Counted from the stretch's first letter, positions 34,913 through 49,779 are shown. The stretch: DNA of 64,000 nt from Octopus vulgaris (GCA_951406725.2 OX597823.1:116374001-116438000), one strand, 5' to 3'. The notes: a model not told the origin generated them from the sequence alone. Translations and numbers: made by a program.

Positions 34913-36194
34913 TCTCCGAAAATTTCAGGCCTTGTGCCTATAATAGAAACGAATATTCCAATGGCTTTCAGTCCTCAATGTCAGTTAACTTTTCCTCAGC
35001 TACAACTTTAATCTTTATGCTCTCCAATGCCGTTGACTGTTCCCCAATACATTGAGCTATTTGGGCATTAAATTTCATGAGTTTTTGTATTTCCTTTCTT
35101 TAGCAGGAACAGATTGATGTATTATATGTATGTATATACGTATGTATGATGTATACATGTACATATGTATGTAAGGAGAGATGATACATACATCCTAAGT
35201 ATTCCATCCTTCTATTCAGTGTTCTGTACTTTGTTATACTTGCTTTATTTTCCCTGTCTTTCTTTTAATATATTTGTGTTTGACAAGAAAGATCAAACTT
35301 TGGTTTTTGTCCAACTTCATATCAGCAATCAAACTGTGTGTGAATGTGTTATGTGTGTGTGTATGTGTGTGTGTGTGTAGATGTGCATTTGTCGTTGTGT
35401 ATGTCTACACATTTCTAGATACGTGACTCTGTGTGTATGCATAGATATGTTCTTCTGGATAGACAAACTAATTAATTTTCTGCAAATGAGATATGTGTAA
35501 AAATACTGAAAGAGGCATAGATTGTGGTGGCTATGATGGTGGTAGGTGTGGTGGTGGTGGTAGTATTAGATATGTGGTGTTGGCATTGGTTTTGGTGTGG
35601 AGGTGGTTTGTAACCTGAAAAACAAGCAGGCATGTTGTTGGCTGAATTAATATTTATTGAATCTGCTCATTCATTAAAGTTTGTGAATATTTCGGCATTT
35701 TGGTCGAATGTCTAAATTAAGGAGAAAACTGAAGTAGTGATAATGGCCAAATGCTAAAGAATAACCATGTTAAAACACAGAGAAATGAAGGAATCGTGTG
35801 TTGGTGGTGGTGGTGGTGGTGGAGGTATGAGGAAGGAGGGAGGAGGGAGCAGAGCAGAGGAGTTCTGAAAGAGAAATTACAAAATTGATGTAAAACAATT
35901 GTTAAATAACAAAAATAATAAAGTTTCATTAAAAACACAACAAAATCAAACAATCCAACGTTGAGAGTCATAAAGTAATTTTCTTTTCTTTTAGATTATT
36001 GTTGTTGTTGTTGTTGTTTAGGATGTTTTAAGGGTGCTATTATTTAATTAGTTGCTGTGTCAACATAGTTTAATTTCCTGTGCCAAAACTTCGTTACAAG
36101 TCACATTTGAACCATTTCAAGTTTTGTTTAATTTCTGCTTCACTTTGATTGACTCCTACAGATAATTACATTGACCCAACCTACCTTTTCTTTA

Positions 36195-36198
36195 TATG

Positions 36199-36238
<40 letters not shown>

Positions 36239-36331
36239 TACACATATATATATACATATATATACACACATATATATATATATATATGTTTGTGTATATG
36301 TGTATATGTATATATATATATACATATATAC

Positions 36332-36420
<89 letters not shown>

Positions 36421-36445
36421 CACACATATATATACACGCACACAC
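36195..36445. repeat. (TA)n compound microsatellite
   Basis: Direct reading. Confidence 0.96.
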
Positions 36446-36884
36446 AACCATTTGAATATGTAATACGTGTATATATATGTGTGTGTGTTGTGTGTATGTG
36501 TACTTATTTTACTCATTTATAGATGTAAACATTTCTTTGTTTCTACTTTGCAAATCTTCGTTTCTTATTCTATGTCAACAGCTTGTTTTGGTAGAACCTA
36601 CATGGAAGATTCTGATGCCTGACTAATTCCAATTGTAAAACTTATATTGGACATGTTGTCAATGTTCTTTCTCTTTTTTTTTTTTTGCCACATTGATGAA
36701 CTTTATAATTAAGTTGATTAGAACTTGTAAGTAAAATTGCACAGTGATATTTGCCTGTTAATGAATTACAAACCCTATCTCTCTATTTGTTTTGTATGTA
36801 TGTTTCATGCGTATATATATATAAATATGTAAACATGTATATATATATATACATGTATATATATATACATGTATATATATATGT

Positions 36885-37276
36885 GCTACCAGCACGGGGG
36901 CCAGGCGAGTCCGTTGCCAGCCTCGCCTGGCCCCCGTGCAGGTAGCACGTAAGAGCACCATCCGTTTGTGTCCATTGCCAGCCTCGCCTGGCCCCTGTGC
37001 CATTGGCACGTAAAAGCACCACCCGCTTGTGTCCGTTGCCAGCTTCGCCTGGCCCCCGTGCCGTTTGCCAGCTTTGTCTGGCACCTGTGCAGGTGGCACG
37101 TAAAAAGCACCCACTACACTCACGGTGTGGTTGGCGTTAGGAAGGGCATCCAGCCGTAGAAACACTGCCAAATCTGACTGGGCCTGATGAGGCCTTCTGG
37201 CTTCACAGACCCCAGTTAAACCGTCCAACCCATGCTAGCATGGAAAACGGACGCTAAATGATGATGATGATGATGA

Positions 37277-37277
<1 letters not shown>
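36885..37277 (+). mobile_element. SINE family C with internal tandem units and (GAT)n tail
   Basis: Repeated ccgttgccagcctcgcctggcccc units; ggcgttaggaagggcatccagc body; ggacgctaaatgatgatgat tail. Confidence 0.85.
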
Positions 37278-37310
<33 letters not shown>

Positions 37311-37341
37311 CATACACACACACATATATATATATATATAT

Positions 37342-37665
37342 ATCATTGTCATCATTGTTTAATGTCCGCTTTCCATGCTGACATGGGTTGTACTGAGGAC
37401 TGGTGAACCAGATGGCTGCACCAGGCTCCAATCTGATCTGGCAGAGTTTCTATAGCTGGATGCCCTTCCTAATGCCAACCACTCCAAGAGTGTAGTGGGT
37501 GTGTTTACGTGCCACTGGCACAAGGGCCAGTATTGGCAACGGCCATGCTCAAGTGGTGCTTTTTACATGCCACCGGCAGAGGAGCCAGTCAGCAGCCCTG
37601 GCAACGATCATGCTTGGATGGTGCTCTTAACCTTCCACTAGCATTGATGCCAGTCAGGTGCTACT
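37342..37665 (-). mobile_element. SINE family C, tail-to-tail with the previous copy
   Basis: Reverse-complement homology to 36885-37277. Confidence 0.82.
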
Positions 37666-37689
37666 GTCATCAGCCACTTATTTGCTCTT

Positions 37690-38087
37690 TTATTCTTTTG
37701 CTTGTTTCAGTCATTTGACTGTGGCCTTGCTGGAGCACCGCCTTTAGTCCAGCAAATCGACCCCAGAACTTATTCTTTGTAAGCCTAGTACTTATTCTAT
37801 TGGTCTCTTTTGCTGAACTGTTAAGTTACAGGGATGTAAACACACCAGCATCAGTTATCAAGCGATGTTGGGAGGACGAACACAAACATATACACACACA
37901 CATATATATATATGCATACATATATACGATGGGCTTCTTTCAGTTTCTGTCTACCAAATCCACTCACAAGGCTTTGGTCAGCCTGAAGCTATAGTAGAAG
38001 ACACTTGCCCAAGGTATCATGCAGTGGAACTGAACCCACAGCCATGTGGTTAGTAAGGAAGCTACTTACCACACAGCCACTCCTGCA
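37690..38087 (-). mobile_element. SINE family B, full length
   Basis: Collinear with 13048-13450. Confidence 0.88.
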
Positions 38088-38109
38088 CATATTCATTTAT
38101 TTATTATTC

Positions 38110-38695
<586 letters not shown>

Positions 38696-40039
38696 TGATA
38701 AAACGGTAAGATAACAAAAGAAAGAAAGAGACCTCAATATTATGTAAATAGAGGAAATTTATCTATACAATATGTTACATTACTCGGTAGTCAAGATAAA
38801 ACTCTGAGTTTCAGATGCCGAAGTGGAAATCCACAACACCATCTCTTCGGTTATCTGGCTATTTGAAAACGTTATGAAAAAATACCGTTAAAAATGAAGG
38901 GAAATTACTCTGTTATAACTCTGCTTTGCCTGCGTACTTATACATCGCTCACATTTTTCGTCATAAAAATTATATAAAAATACATAAAAATATATAAAAA
39001 TATATAAAAATATATAAAATCTTCTTGGGACATAACACAGAAAGCATGTTCTATCCGTTTTCTTTAGGGGACCAAAAACGTAACAGAAATTTAGTCACAT
39101 GTGGGCATGATCCGAAAAGCTCTGTCCTTGTATTTAGACATGTGGTAGGGTCTAAGCTGCTTTTCCAGATAAGCCATCTCTCCATGTCGCATAAACTGCA
39201 CCTTCCGCTGCCGTTAGTATAGGGCTTACATCTGGCCAAAATCTTCCATTGTATGTTATAATCGACACCTTTATCTCTTAAAGACCAAATATGATTGGAT
39301 AATTGTGTCGCTTTTCTTTTGTTCCAGTGCCTAAAGCTCAAAGTGTGGTTATTGAACCTGGCCTTGAAATTACCCTCTGTCAGGCCCACGTATTTCTTCG
39401 TCGAAACGGTGTCTTTAGTGGTTATAGAGTTTACGGTAGATTCATATATGATGGTCTTGGACATGCAAGCTCCATTTAGCGGGCACAATTCTTTATTCCT
39501 GCATGAACAGCTGTTTTCTTCTTGTGTTTTTTGTATGTTATGATTGATTATGTTTTTAAAATTGGTAGTTGAACTAAAACTAATTTTTAAATTGTGTCTA
39601 TTGAAGAGTTTCCTATAAGCATGGTTAACTGGAAAATGTCTATCAGTGCTAGGAAATATTTACCTATATTGAAGGCCACCTCGGGTGAGTAAGGGGGCGT
39701 AAACCAGATGACCTTCCTATTTCTATTATTCCTTTTCCTTATTGTTGGGCTGGTGATAGGTGTATATTTTATTTTTTCGCTAAAACCAATATCTTTTAAA
39801 GCTTTATTATAAACTGGGGCAACGCTATTGAAGATGTCCTCATTAGATGAGAGGCTAGAAATCCTCTTACTAATATTTTTAACTAAATTTTTGAATACTA
39901 TAGGGGGATGGCATGAACCTACATTAATATAACTTAGTCTATCATTGGGCTTCCTATAAGGCTTATAAATATTATTATTAAGATCTAAGGAAACGTCTAA
40001 GAAATTGACAACCGAGTAATGTAACATATTGTATAGATA
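38696..40039 (-). mobile_element. 5'-truncated Penelope-like element (RT C-terminus/thumb plus GIY-YIG endonuclease)
   Basis: [10 protein letters not shown]...YKPYRKPND...HPP...IWFTPPYS, one frameshift near 39638, then HFPVNH...CSCRNKELCPLNGAC...IIY...YVGLTEGNFKARFNNH...CSLC...E...LN...CPH. ORF ends at 39051, followed by a 3' UTR. Confidence 0.92.
38794..38856 (-). ncRNA. Type I hammerhead ribozyme in the PLE 3' repeat (core variant CCGAAGA)
   Basis: agataa CCGAAGA gatg...catc t GAAA ctc a gag tt ttatct: perfect 6 bp stem I, stem II gatg/catc, short stem III. Confidence 0.65.
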
Positions 40040-40591
<552 letters not shown>

Positions 40592-41001
40592 GATGGTAGT
40601 CTCTTGTAGTCTGAGAAAGATAGTTCTGCACTTCTGTGCTTAGCAACTTGTGAAAATGATGTGTGTATAGGGATTAAATGTTTGCGCTTTGCCTTAGCTC
40701 AGTCTCTCCATCTAATTGACGAAGCTTGAACAGGTGAATGGTGTATCACACCTCAGGTGTCCAAGTGATCACAGAACAATGTGAAATGAAGTCTTAGGCC
40801 CAGAAACATAATGTATCACCTGATCTAAGATTTGAAACCTCAATCTCTTGATTGTGAGTACAACACCTTAATTACTAGGCCATGCACGCACACACACACA
40901 CACACACACACACTTAAAATTTACAGAAAACAAAAGGCCAAGACAGGTGAGGGAACAACAAGCAGGCATATTAATTTGACACTCAGGAAAAATGGAGAAG
41001 G

Positions 41002-41037
41002 CTTTGATGTTTCAAGCCTATGCTCTTCATTAGAAAG
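41002..41037 (-). ncRNA. Degenerate minimal hammerhead motif
   Basis: cttt CTAATGA a gagc atag gctt GAAA catc aaag; stem I cttt/aaag; core has a G>A change. Confidence 0.5.
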
Positions 41038-41127
41038 GATTAAGAGGAAAACAATGGAGAGAGAAAAAAGTGTGTAGGGATTAAATGTTCAAACATGGAT
41101 TTTGGCATGTGTAGGTGTGGTGTATGT

Positions 41128-41380
41128 GGAGGCGCATGGCTTAGTGGTTAGGGTGTCAGCATCATGATTGTAAAATTCTGGTTTCGATTCCTGGACCAGG
41201 CGATATGTTGTGCTCTTGAGCAAAACACTTCATTTCATGTTACTGCAGTCCACTCAGCTGGCAAAAATGAGTAACGCTGCAATGGACTGGCATCCCATCT
41301 AGCTGGAGAACACATACGCCACAGAAACCGGGAAACCGGGCCCATGAGCCTGGTTAGGCTTTAAAAGGGCACATTTATTT
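41128..41380 (+). mobile_element. SINE family D, near full length
   Basis: tRNA-like head, body cactcagctggcaaaaatgag, tail gaaaccgggcccatgagcctgg...; related copies at 55110-55413 (-) and 61259-61820 (+). Confidence 0.8.
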
Positions 41381-42764
41381 TATGTGTGGTATTTCAAAGC
41401 TCTTTTTAAAACATCATTCTGTAAGACTGTCTCAGTAACTGGGCATCAGTATTTGGGAAGATAGCTAGTTATTTTTCCTATAAGGGGCCTTGTAGTCTGT
41501 CCAGCCCCTGGTTAGAATGGAAGTACCAGCCATGAAATAAAGAAGGAAGAAGTAACAAATCTATGTCAAGATTATATTCCTATTGGTATGAAACTATTTA
41601 TTCTTTTCTGAGATATTTTGACTGTTTCACTGTTAAATTGTTACTTCATAGAAACAATTTTGTGTTGAATCTCCTCTTTTTCTGCTATGGAGGAAGTATG
41701 AGATATAATTTGTGTGTTGTTGTTGTTGTTTTCTTACTAGCTATCCTTTCTTGTGCTAACTACAAAGGAGTGTATTATCTGTTGTATAACCAAGTAGACG
41801 TAAGCAAATTAATGATAGTAACTTTCTTCTATGTAGAAATAACACACAATAGATCAGGAAGTTGCATTTCTTAACAATTCAAACTATTATCAAATATCTT
41901 TTTTTCCAGTCAGAGAATAAATAAAAGAAAACATCGGCTTCCATTCTAAGAAAATGGAAGCTAATGTCTGATTTGATCACGATTTATGTGTTCAGGTGTA
42001 CTAATCTATGTTACATAGTGTTGGTGAAGTATAAAAAATTGGTCATTCTTTATCTGATGTTCTACCATTTATAAATTATTTTCTTCTATTTTTCATCAAC
42101 CGTTCCCTCTGTATTTCTTTATTACCAACTTTAGGTTGTCTCATATATAAACTGAAGCATGTCTTCACCCAGTTCTGCTTTTCTTAAATGCCATTAGAGA
42201 ACAGCAAGCAATTGTTATAGCCTTTGTAAGTCTCTGTTAAACATTTGGACAGAAAGGACAAGATGGCATTAAAGCAATTAATAAAAGGGTTGAAAAAACC
42301 TAGAGGAAATCCGTGATGGGTTGCATCAGGCATAACTGAAATATCAAAACTCAGTCCTTGTTGATTTGGTATAAGAATTTATTCTATTTAGAGGTTAATG
42401 ATTGAGAGTGAGAAATGGACAGGAAAGAAAAAGTTCCAGAAGAATACAAATCAAAAGAAGAAGGGTTGTATCATGTATTTTATACAGAGTCAATGAAACA
42501 TGTTTAAGCCTTTCATTACTCCTAATGGCAGAAAGTAGTGTTATATGCCGATCTATCTTTTGTTGAAGAATGTCTTGTTTGAAGCTATTTTCTGTTGAGA
42601 TATGTCAAGTTTATTGAGGAGAGTAACTTGCAGAAAATACCAATTTGATTTTGTGGTAGATCTTTAACATCATTACTGCAATAGCCATGAAATATAATTT
42701 CACAGTTGTAAGGTTAAGGGAATTTTAAGACAGAAGAATGTGGGTGAAACAAAGAGGTATTCAT

Positions 42765-43160
42765 CATTGTTCATCATCGTTTAACGTCCGTTTTCCATGC
42801 TAGCATAGGTTTGACGGTTTGACCATGGTCTGGGAAGCCAGGAGGCTGCACCAGGCTCCAGTCTGATCTGGTAGTGTTTCTACAGCTGGATGCCCTTCCT
42901 AAAGCCAACCACCCCATGAGTGTAGTGGGTCCTTTTTACGTGCCACCAGCACAGGTGCCAGGGGAGGCTGGCAATGGCCACGATTGGTTGGTGCTTTTTA
43001 CGTGCCACCGGCATGGAAGCCAGTCAAGGCGGCATTGGCATCGCCCATATTCGGATGGTGCTTTTTACATGCCACCAGCACAGGTATCACAACTACAATT
43101 TCCTTTTGATTTTTTGATGTTGATGTACCTGACTCAATAGGTCTCCTCAAGCACAGCATT
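42765..43160 (-). mobile_element. SINE family C copy
   Basis: Homology to the copies at 45120 and 46733. Confidence 0.85.
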
Positions 43161-44519
43161 ATTGGAGATAATATAGAATCATTATAGCAGCCATAGATGT
43201 ACAAGATACATGTTAATAACTGTGAATAGAGGGTTTGTGTTATGACTTAACTATCATTACTCACAGGCACACGTACATAGCTCCAAACCTTCTGTCAATG
43301 CAGTCAATCTCAGAGCACTTTCTTATCAGCACTAACCCGGCCTTTTCTTACGATAAAAATGTTCCATCTTTGTCTATCTTTCTTTTCATTTATCTTTTAT
43401 CTTAAATTACTGTCCTGTAAATAATTAGCTTCAGTAAGAACCAGCCAACAATTTACTACCAGCTGATGTCACTGTTCTATGCTTTATTATATAAACTTTC
43501 CACATTCAACATGAAACAAACTATTGTTTCATAGGTATTTATAGTATTTCCATTTATAACAACATCAATTTGATTTATTTCAAAAGATATTACAATTCAA
43601 ATAATTTTAACATTTCCTTTGGTCTAGTTAGCATGAATAAGAGGCACCATATCCTCACAAACTGATTGATTGATGTAATTATTGTTCTACTTAAACCATT
43701 ATTGGTTAGTGTATTCATTAATGTCTGTTATTCTGAGACATGATAAGAATGGAAAAATTGTCGTTTGGTCAGCACTAGCACAATGTAGCAAGCAAGAAAC
43801 TTTAATTACTGAAGGACTCAAAGTGGAACTGTTTAAATCTGTGCAGAATAATTTGGGAAGTCAACTCTTAATATTGGTTTCAAATTCTGGTTCAAGGCCA
43901 GCAATTTTGGTGGATGGGAGTAAGCCCCTAAAAGATGGTAGACAATCAGTTTGCCAGACATTTTATAAGTGGGAAAGGGATTCAAATTTCAATACTCCAT
44001 ATCAAAGGTTCAAACAGGGATAGGCAGAAGATCAGAGCTTGAGACAAGAAGACACATTCAACCAATCAGAATTCTCTTTATATAATTAGTTTGATAGGTC
44101 ACCTTTCTCTGTTGGTTGAATATAAGTCCAGATGAAGTGCTGCTAAGCATTTTGTCCAGTGTGCCAACAATTCTGCCAGCTCACCACCCTGACAGCCATA
44201 AGTAGTGGTTTCAAATTTTGCCTCAAGGCCAGCAATTTTGTGGGGAGGCAGTAAATCAATTACCATAAAAACCCATGTAATTTGCACACCTGTGTAATTT
44301 ACGCAGGTGATTTTCAGGATAAAAATTGTTAAAAAAAGCTTCTACTCATGTAAAATTCACACCCAAAAGTTTTCAGAATTGCCAATATGGCTAAGGGGGA
44401 AAGGTTTCAATTTAGTTGTATTTAGCATAATTTTACTTGCCATGAATGCCTTTCATACCACTTCAGCCAATTGACAAGCACTGCATGAAGAACTTTTCAG
44501 AGTTATTTACTTTGAATTG

Positions 44520-44898
44520 TTATTATTTGCCTGTTATTACGTAACATGGTTCCCGATTTTAGTATACATACCTTATTAGTATTTCCTCCTAAGTTCCATA
44601 TACTCTGGGAATGCATTAAAGCCCTTTTCGGGGCTACTTTATTTAAATTGTTGCTATTGGGTAACTAATTTACATGTTATTACATAACTGACTTCACGAT
44701 TTTGGTATTCATAACTTATTGGGATTTCCCAAAAACAAGATCCTATGTAAGACGGTTTGGCATTCTCTGTAAATGCATAAAAACCATTTCAAGCGCTACA
44801 TACTTTGTATTGTTGCTATAGGATTAGCAAAACAGTTATGAGAACAGGAGCAAGGGATAAGACCCGCTTTTCTGGAAATTACCGGGTATATCAGCTAG
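44520..44898 (+). mobile_element. Helitron-like element, 3' part (same family as 28146-29033)
   Basis: Reverse-complement homology over ~370 bp; ends ctggaaattaccggg...CTAG|T. Confidence 0.75.
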
Positions 44899-45119
44899 TA
44901 TATATATATATATACACACACATATATTTGACAGTCTTCTCTCAGTTTCTGTCAACCAAATCCACTCACAAGGATTTGGTCAGCCCAAGGCTATAGTACA
45001 AGATACTTGCTCAAGGTGCTGTGCAGTGGGACTGAACCTGGAATCATGTGGTTAGGAAGTAAGCTTACAACTTATTGCATGAAATACTGTATGATACATT
45101 GTACAGCCACAAATATGAC

Positions 45120-45575
45120 ACATCATCATCATCGTTTAACGTCTGTTTTCCATGCTAGCATGGATTGGACTGTTCGACCGTGGTCTGGGAAGTCAGGAGG
45201 CTGCACCAGACTCCAGTCTGATCTGGCAATGTTTCTACAGCTGGATGCCCTTCCTAACGCCAACCACTTCATGAGTGTAGTGGGTGCTTTTCATGTGCCA
45301 CCGGCACAGGTGTCAGGGGAGGCTGGCAATGACCACGATTGGTTGGTGCTTTTTACGTGCCACTGGCATGGAAGCCAGTCAAGGTGGCGCTGTCATCGAC
45401 CACGTATGGATGGTGCTTTTTACATGCCACCAGCACAGGTGCCAGGGGAGGCTGGCAGTGGCCATGATCGGTTAGTGGTTTTACTGGAAGCCAGTCAAGG
45501 TGGTGCTGAAATCGGCCACATATGGATGGTGCTTTTTACGTGCCGCCGGCACAGGTGCCAGGGTAGGCTGGCAAC
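45120..45575 (-). mobile_element. SINE family C with expanded internal tandem array
   Basis: About five ggtgcttttacgtgcca units; source of ORF 45007..45660. Confidence 0.85.
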
Positions 45576-46732
45576 CTACCATTGTATGATAATGTACTCT
45601 GTACTCTATGACAAAATGTACAACATGCACTCTGACACTTTGACACAGTATATGATATAATGTATGACATGTTGTATGACACAATGAATGACATACACTA
45701 TATGACAGAGTATATGATGTAAAGTATCACACACTGTATCATATTGTGAATAGCAGAATCTACGACATGCTGTATGACAATACAACATATTTTGTGTGCC
45801 ATAGTATGTAATACACATGTTATAACAAATTGTATCACATTCTGTGATACACTCTCTGTGTAACAGTCTCTTTAATAGTGTGTGACACTGACATTCCAAT
45901 AGTCACACGGTGATCTCAACTGAAACTCTGGTGAGGATCTGTGGCATTTCCTAGAAAATCTCAATCAGTTACCACCTAGGAGGAGGAGGAGGAGGAGGAT
46001 GATGATGATGATGATGATGATGATGGAATAGGAGGAGGAGGGGGGCAGGGGAAGAGGAGGGAAGGAGGTGGACTGTTATGGTGACGATAATGATAAGACT
46101 TATCTTTAATTTGCAATTTAAATTTTGGTTGCACATAATTTTATTATTACAATTGTGGGTGAGACTGAAATTAGATCTGCCTTACACTTCCTCCCCAAAA
46201 ACTAAACAGGGAGGTCAGTGCTAACATAATTTATGTAGTTTACCAACAAATGATAATTAAAATTGTACCCTTGAGGAATAAAAACAATCATTAGCTTATT
46301 TGATAATTGTGCTAATAATCATTTCTCATTATTATGGGTGTAATTTTAATTAATGAATATTTATTGGTACATCACATTATCTGTGTTAGTATTGACTTAA
46401 CTCTTTGGTTTCCATTGACCAAGGCATTTTTTAGTCCTTACTAAAGTGTATGACTTACCATATTTTCCAACATACAAATTAAAGTAGTATATAGTGTAAA
46501 CATGTAGTATAAACATTCAGTCAATATCTTACCAAAATATGTATTTCACATGTAGGTTTTGTTCTGCTAAAGTTGCCTTGGTGTATAAGTTGACCGATCT
46601 CTTTTCGCTGTAAATTGCTCAAAAAACATCTTTTATCTTTTACTTGTTTCAGTCATTAGACTGTTACCATACTAGGGCACTGCCTTGATACTGGGGCACT
46701 AGCTACATTGTCTATAACTAGACCTTGTTAAA

Positions 46733-46990
46733 TCATCATCATCATCATCATTTAACGTCCGTTTGCCATGCTAGCATGGGTTGGACGGTTCGACCAGGGT
46801 CTGGGAAGCCAGAAGGCTGCACCAGGCTCGAGTCTGATCTGGCAGTGTTTCTACAGCTGCATGCCCTTCCTAAAGCCAACCACTCCATGAGTGTAGTGGG
46901 TGCTTTTTACATGCCACCGGCACAGGTGCTAGGAGAGGCTGGAAATGGCCACAATCAGTTGGTGCTTTTTACGTGCCACTGGCATGGAAT
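46733..46990 (-). mobile_element. SINE family C copy
   Basis: Homology as above. Confidence 0.85.
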
Positions 46991-47676
46991 CTTTGATCAA
47001 TTAAATCTTTGATCAATTTTGGTTCTTACCTGTAAATCTAACGTTTCTGGTGAAGATGGAGAGGACAAAGTGCTTAGTTTGAGTACTTAGTGATTAATCT
47101 AATGAATGAGGTAGGTATATGGATAAAAAAATATATTTTAGATGTGATAGAGTACCAAGCAGGTTGAGACAGAATAGCAACCTAATGATGGGTCAATAGA
47201 GCAATATTTGTAAGGTTGATAAAGAATGTTATTTGTAAGTATTTGTTAGGTTGATAAAAGATGCTATTTGACTGAGCAACACTTTCCGTGAGATGGTAAC
47301 TTCTGGAGTCAAAGGAAACTAATAATGTTGTGTGTGTGTGTGAGTGAGCAATAAATTAATGGAAAAATGGGTCTATAGAAGTTTGTAAATTCGATTCCCA
47401 GAAGGGAGGATGAATTTAATGTTTACGTCATTTCCCTTGGTCTGAGAATACAGGGATGAAGAAAGGGCTGATGTTGTGAGCCAATGAAGGAAGGTTTTTT
47501 TTATACTTTCTACATGCACATGTATGCCTGTCAGTGTGATTCTGTGTGTGTGCGTGCATGTGTGTGTGTGTGTGTATGCACAACATCCAAGATTCATGTG
47601 AGATTATTTTAAGATTTAAGAGAAAGGACCAAATGTTTATGGCCTTCACAAGGAGAAAATATTTCCATTTTCCAAC

Positions 47677-47678
<2 letters not shown>

Positions 47679-47725
<47 letters not shown>

Positions 47726-47738
47726 GTTATTATTGTTA

Positions 47739-47770
<32 letters not shown>

Positions 47771-47822
47771 GTTATTATTGTTATTATTGTTATTGTTGTT
47801 ATTATTATTATTATTATTATTA
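47679..47822. repeat. (ATT)n/(GTT)n microsatellite
   Basis: Direct reading; poly-N and poly-I ORFs. Confidence 0.95.
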
Positions 47823-48016
47823 GTTTGTGACCTAAAATCTTGCAATGTTAATTGGTAATGCTCAGGGCTACAGAGAAAGATGGTAGGAACTAAATCTTCT
47901 TAAACGAAGTTAAAATCAGAGTGGAAAAGGCAAAGAGAGATTCTGGAATATGAATTTGAACTTTTAACCTCTTTGATTATAATCTGATGTTTCTGCAATG
48001 TGTAATCTAAATCAAG

Positions 48017-48054
<38 letters not shown>

Positions 48055-48339
48055 TCACACACACATACATACATACAAGCATGCACATTTTTATGCAGAT
48101 TCATACACAGCATTATCTGTCCCCTTCCCCACTTTCCCACTTGCTGTGTCACTTTGGCCCCTCCCCATCCGTTCTTCTTTGTCATCAAATTTGCAGTAAA
48201 TTTTTTTCAAAGGTTCCCATAATAACTACTATTATTTTATGCCGGAATTCTTCAATAATAAACCTGTTGTAACTTCCACCACACCTCCATCTAACCGCCC
48301 AGCCGTTACCATATATCATGTAATCACACATCATCCTTA

Positions 48340-48568
48340 CTCACACACATACACACACACACACATACACTTGCACAAACACACACACATACATATATAT
48401 ATATATGTGTGTGTGTATGTTTATATGTATGTATATGTTTGCATGTCTGTATATGTATGTATATATATTTATATATATATGTATATATATGTGTATATGT
48501 TTATATATATATATATATATATACATATGCATATATATTTATACATATATACATACATTTATAAATAT

Positions 48569-48636
<68 letters not shown>

Positions 48637-48659
48637 GTATATATATATATATGTATATA

Positions 48660-48735
<76 letters not shown>

Positions 48736-48910
48736 CTCCTCCCCGACTAAATGCTCAGTTTTCTCAGACTGTCTTATTTCACACTTCCTTTTGGTAGTGT
48801 TCTTCATTAAATACAGAAACTAATTTCATATCAAAGAAAAACAAACAAATAAAGCTAAACACTAGCAAATAAAACACTTTAAGATACATACACACATACA
48901 AAACACTACC

Positions 48911-48952
<42 letters not shown>

Positions 48953-49011
48953 ACATATATATGCATTTATATGTGTAAATGGATGCATATATATATATAT
49001 ATATGTATATA

Positions 49012-49085
<74 letters not shown>

Positions 49086-49098
49086 ATATATATACATT

Positions 49099-49157
<59 letters not shown>

Positions 49158-49218
49158 TCCATTTACACAAGCACATACACTCATACATATGTATTTATAT
49201 ATATATATATATATATAC
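48340..49218. repeat. Two (CA)n/(TA)n compound tracts
   Basis: Direct reading (48340-48731 and 48910-49218). Confidence 0.93.
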
Positions 49219-49596
49219 GTAGCATTAGAGCATGACTTTTGTGGTGGCATTTTTTTTCAGTCTGTAATTCTTAAATTGTATGATGCTTATTTTTTAATTT
49301 TTTTTTTTAAATTCTGTTTATTGGTTTTTTTTTTTTTGAAGTTGTGAAGAATTTGTTGAAAAAAAAATAAAACCTCTTTAGTTGGAGGGGGAAAAGTAGA
49401 AGTTGAAATAAAAGTTATATATTAGTTAATGATCGTTGGACTAGTCTAAGGGAACAACAACAACAAAAAAATATCAGATGCTGCTGCCTTATTTTCCGTT
49501 TGTTTCATTTTTGCTTTTGTTTTTTGTTGAGTATCATTTTTTTTCCAGTATTGTTTTGTCTTCGTTTTTATATTTATTTTATTCTTGATACTTATC

Positions 49597-49627
<31 letters not shown>

Positions 49628-49779
49628 CCATCCTCTTTGCCTTTCTGCTCTTGAAATTTCCTCGTTACATTATTTTTTTTTTCAATGTTTTTTTTTTCTT
49701 TTTTGTTTTCTAAACTTGTTTTTTTTTCTTCATAATTGTATTTCTTGTTTCATCCCTCTTCACCAATTTTCCATTCTAT

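Noticed and set aside
39051-40010. Possible selenoprotein-coding PLE (as reported for some Naiad elements)
   Set aside because: I saw no in-frame TGA in the reconstructed RT-thumb/EN frame; the break is a simple frameshift near 39638.
45007-45660. 217 aa ORF with internal repeats
   Set aside because: Antisense read-through of SINE B and SINE C sequence; the same peptide recurs at every SINE C copy.
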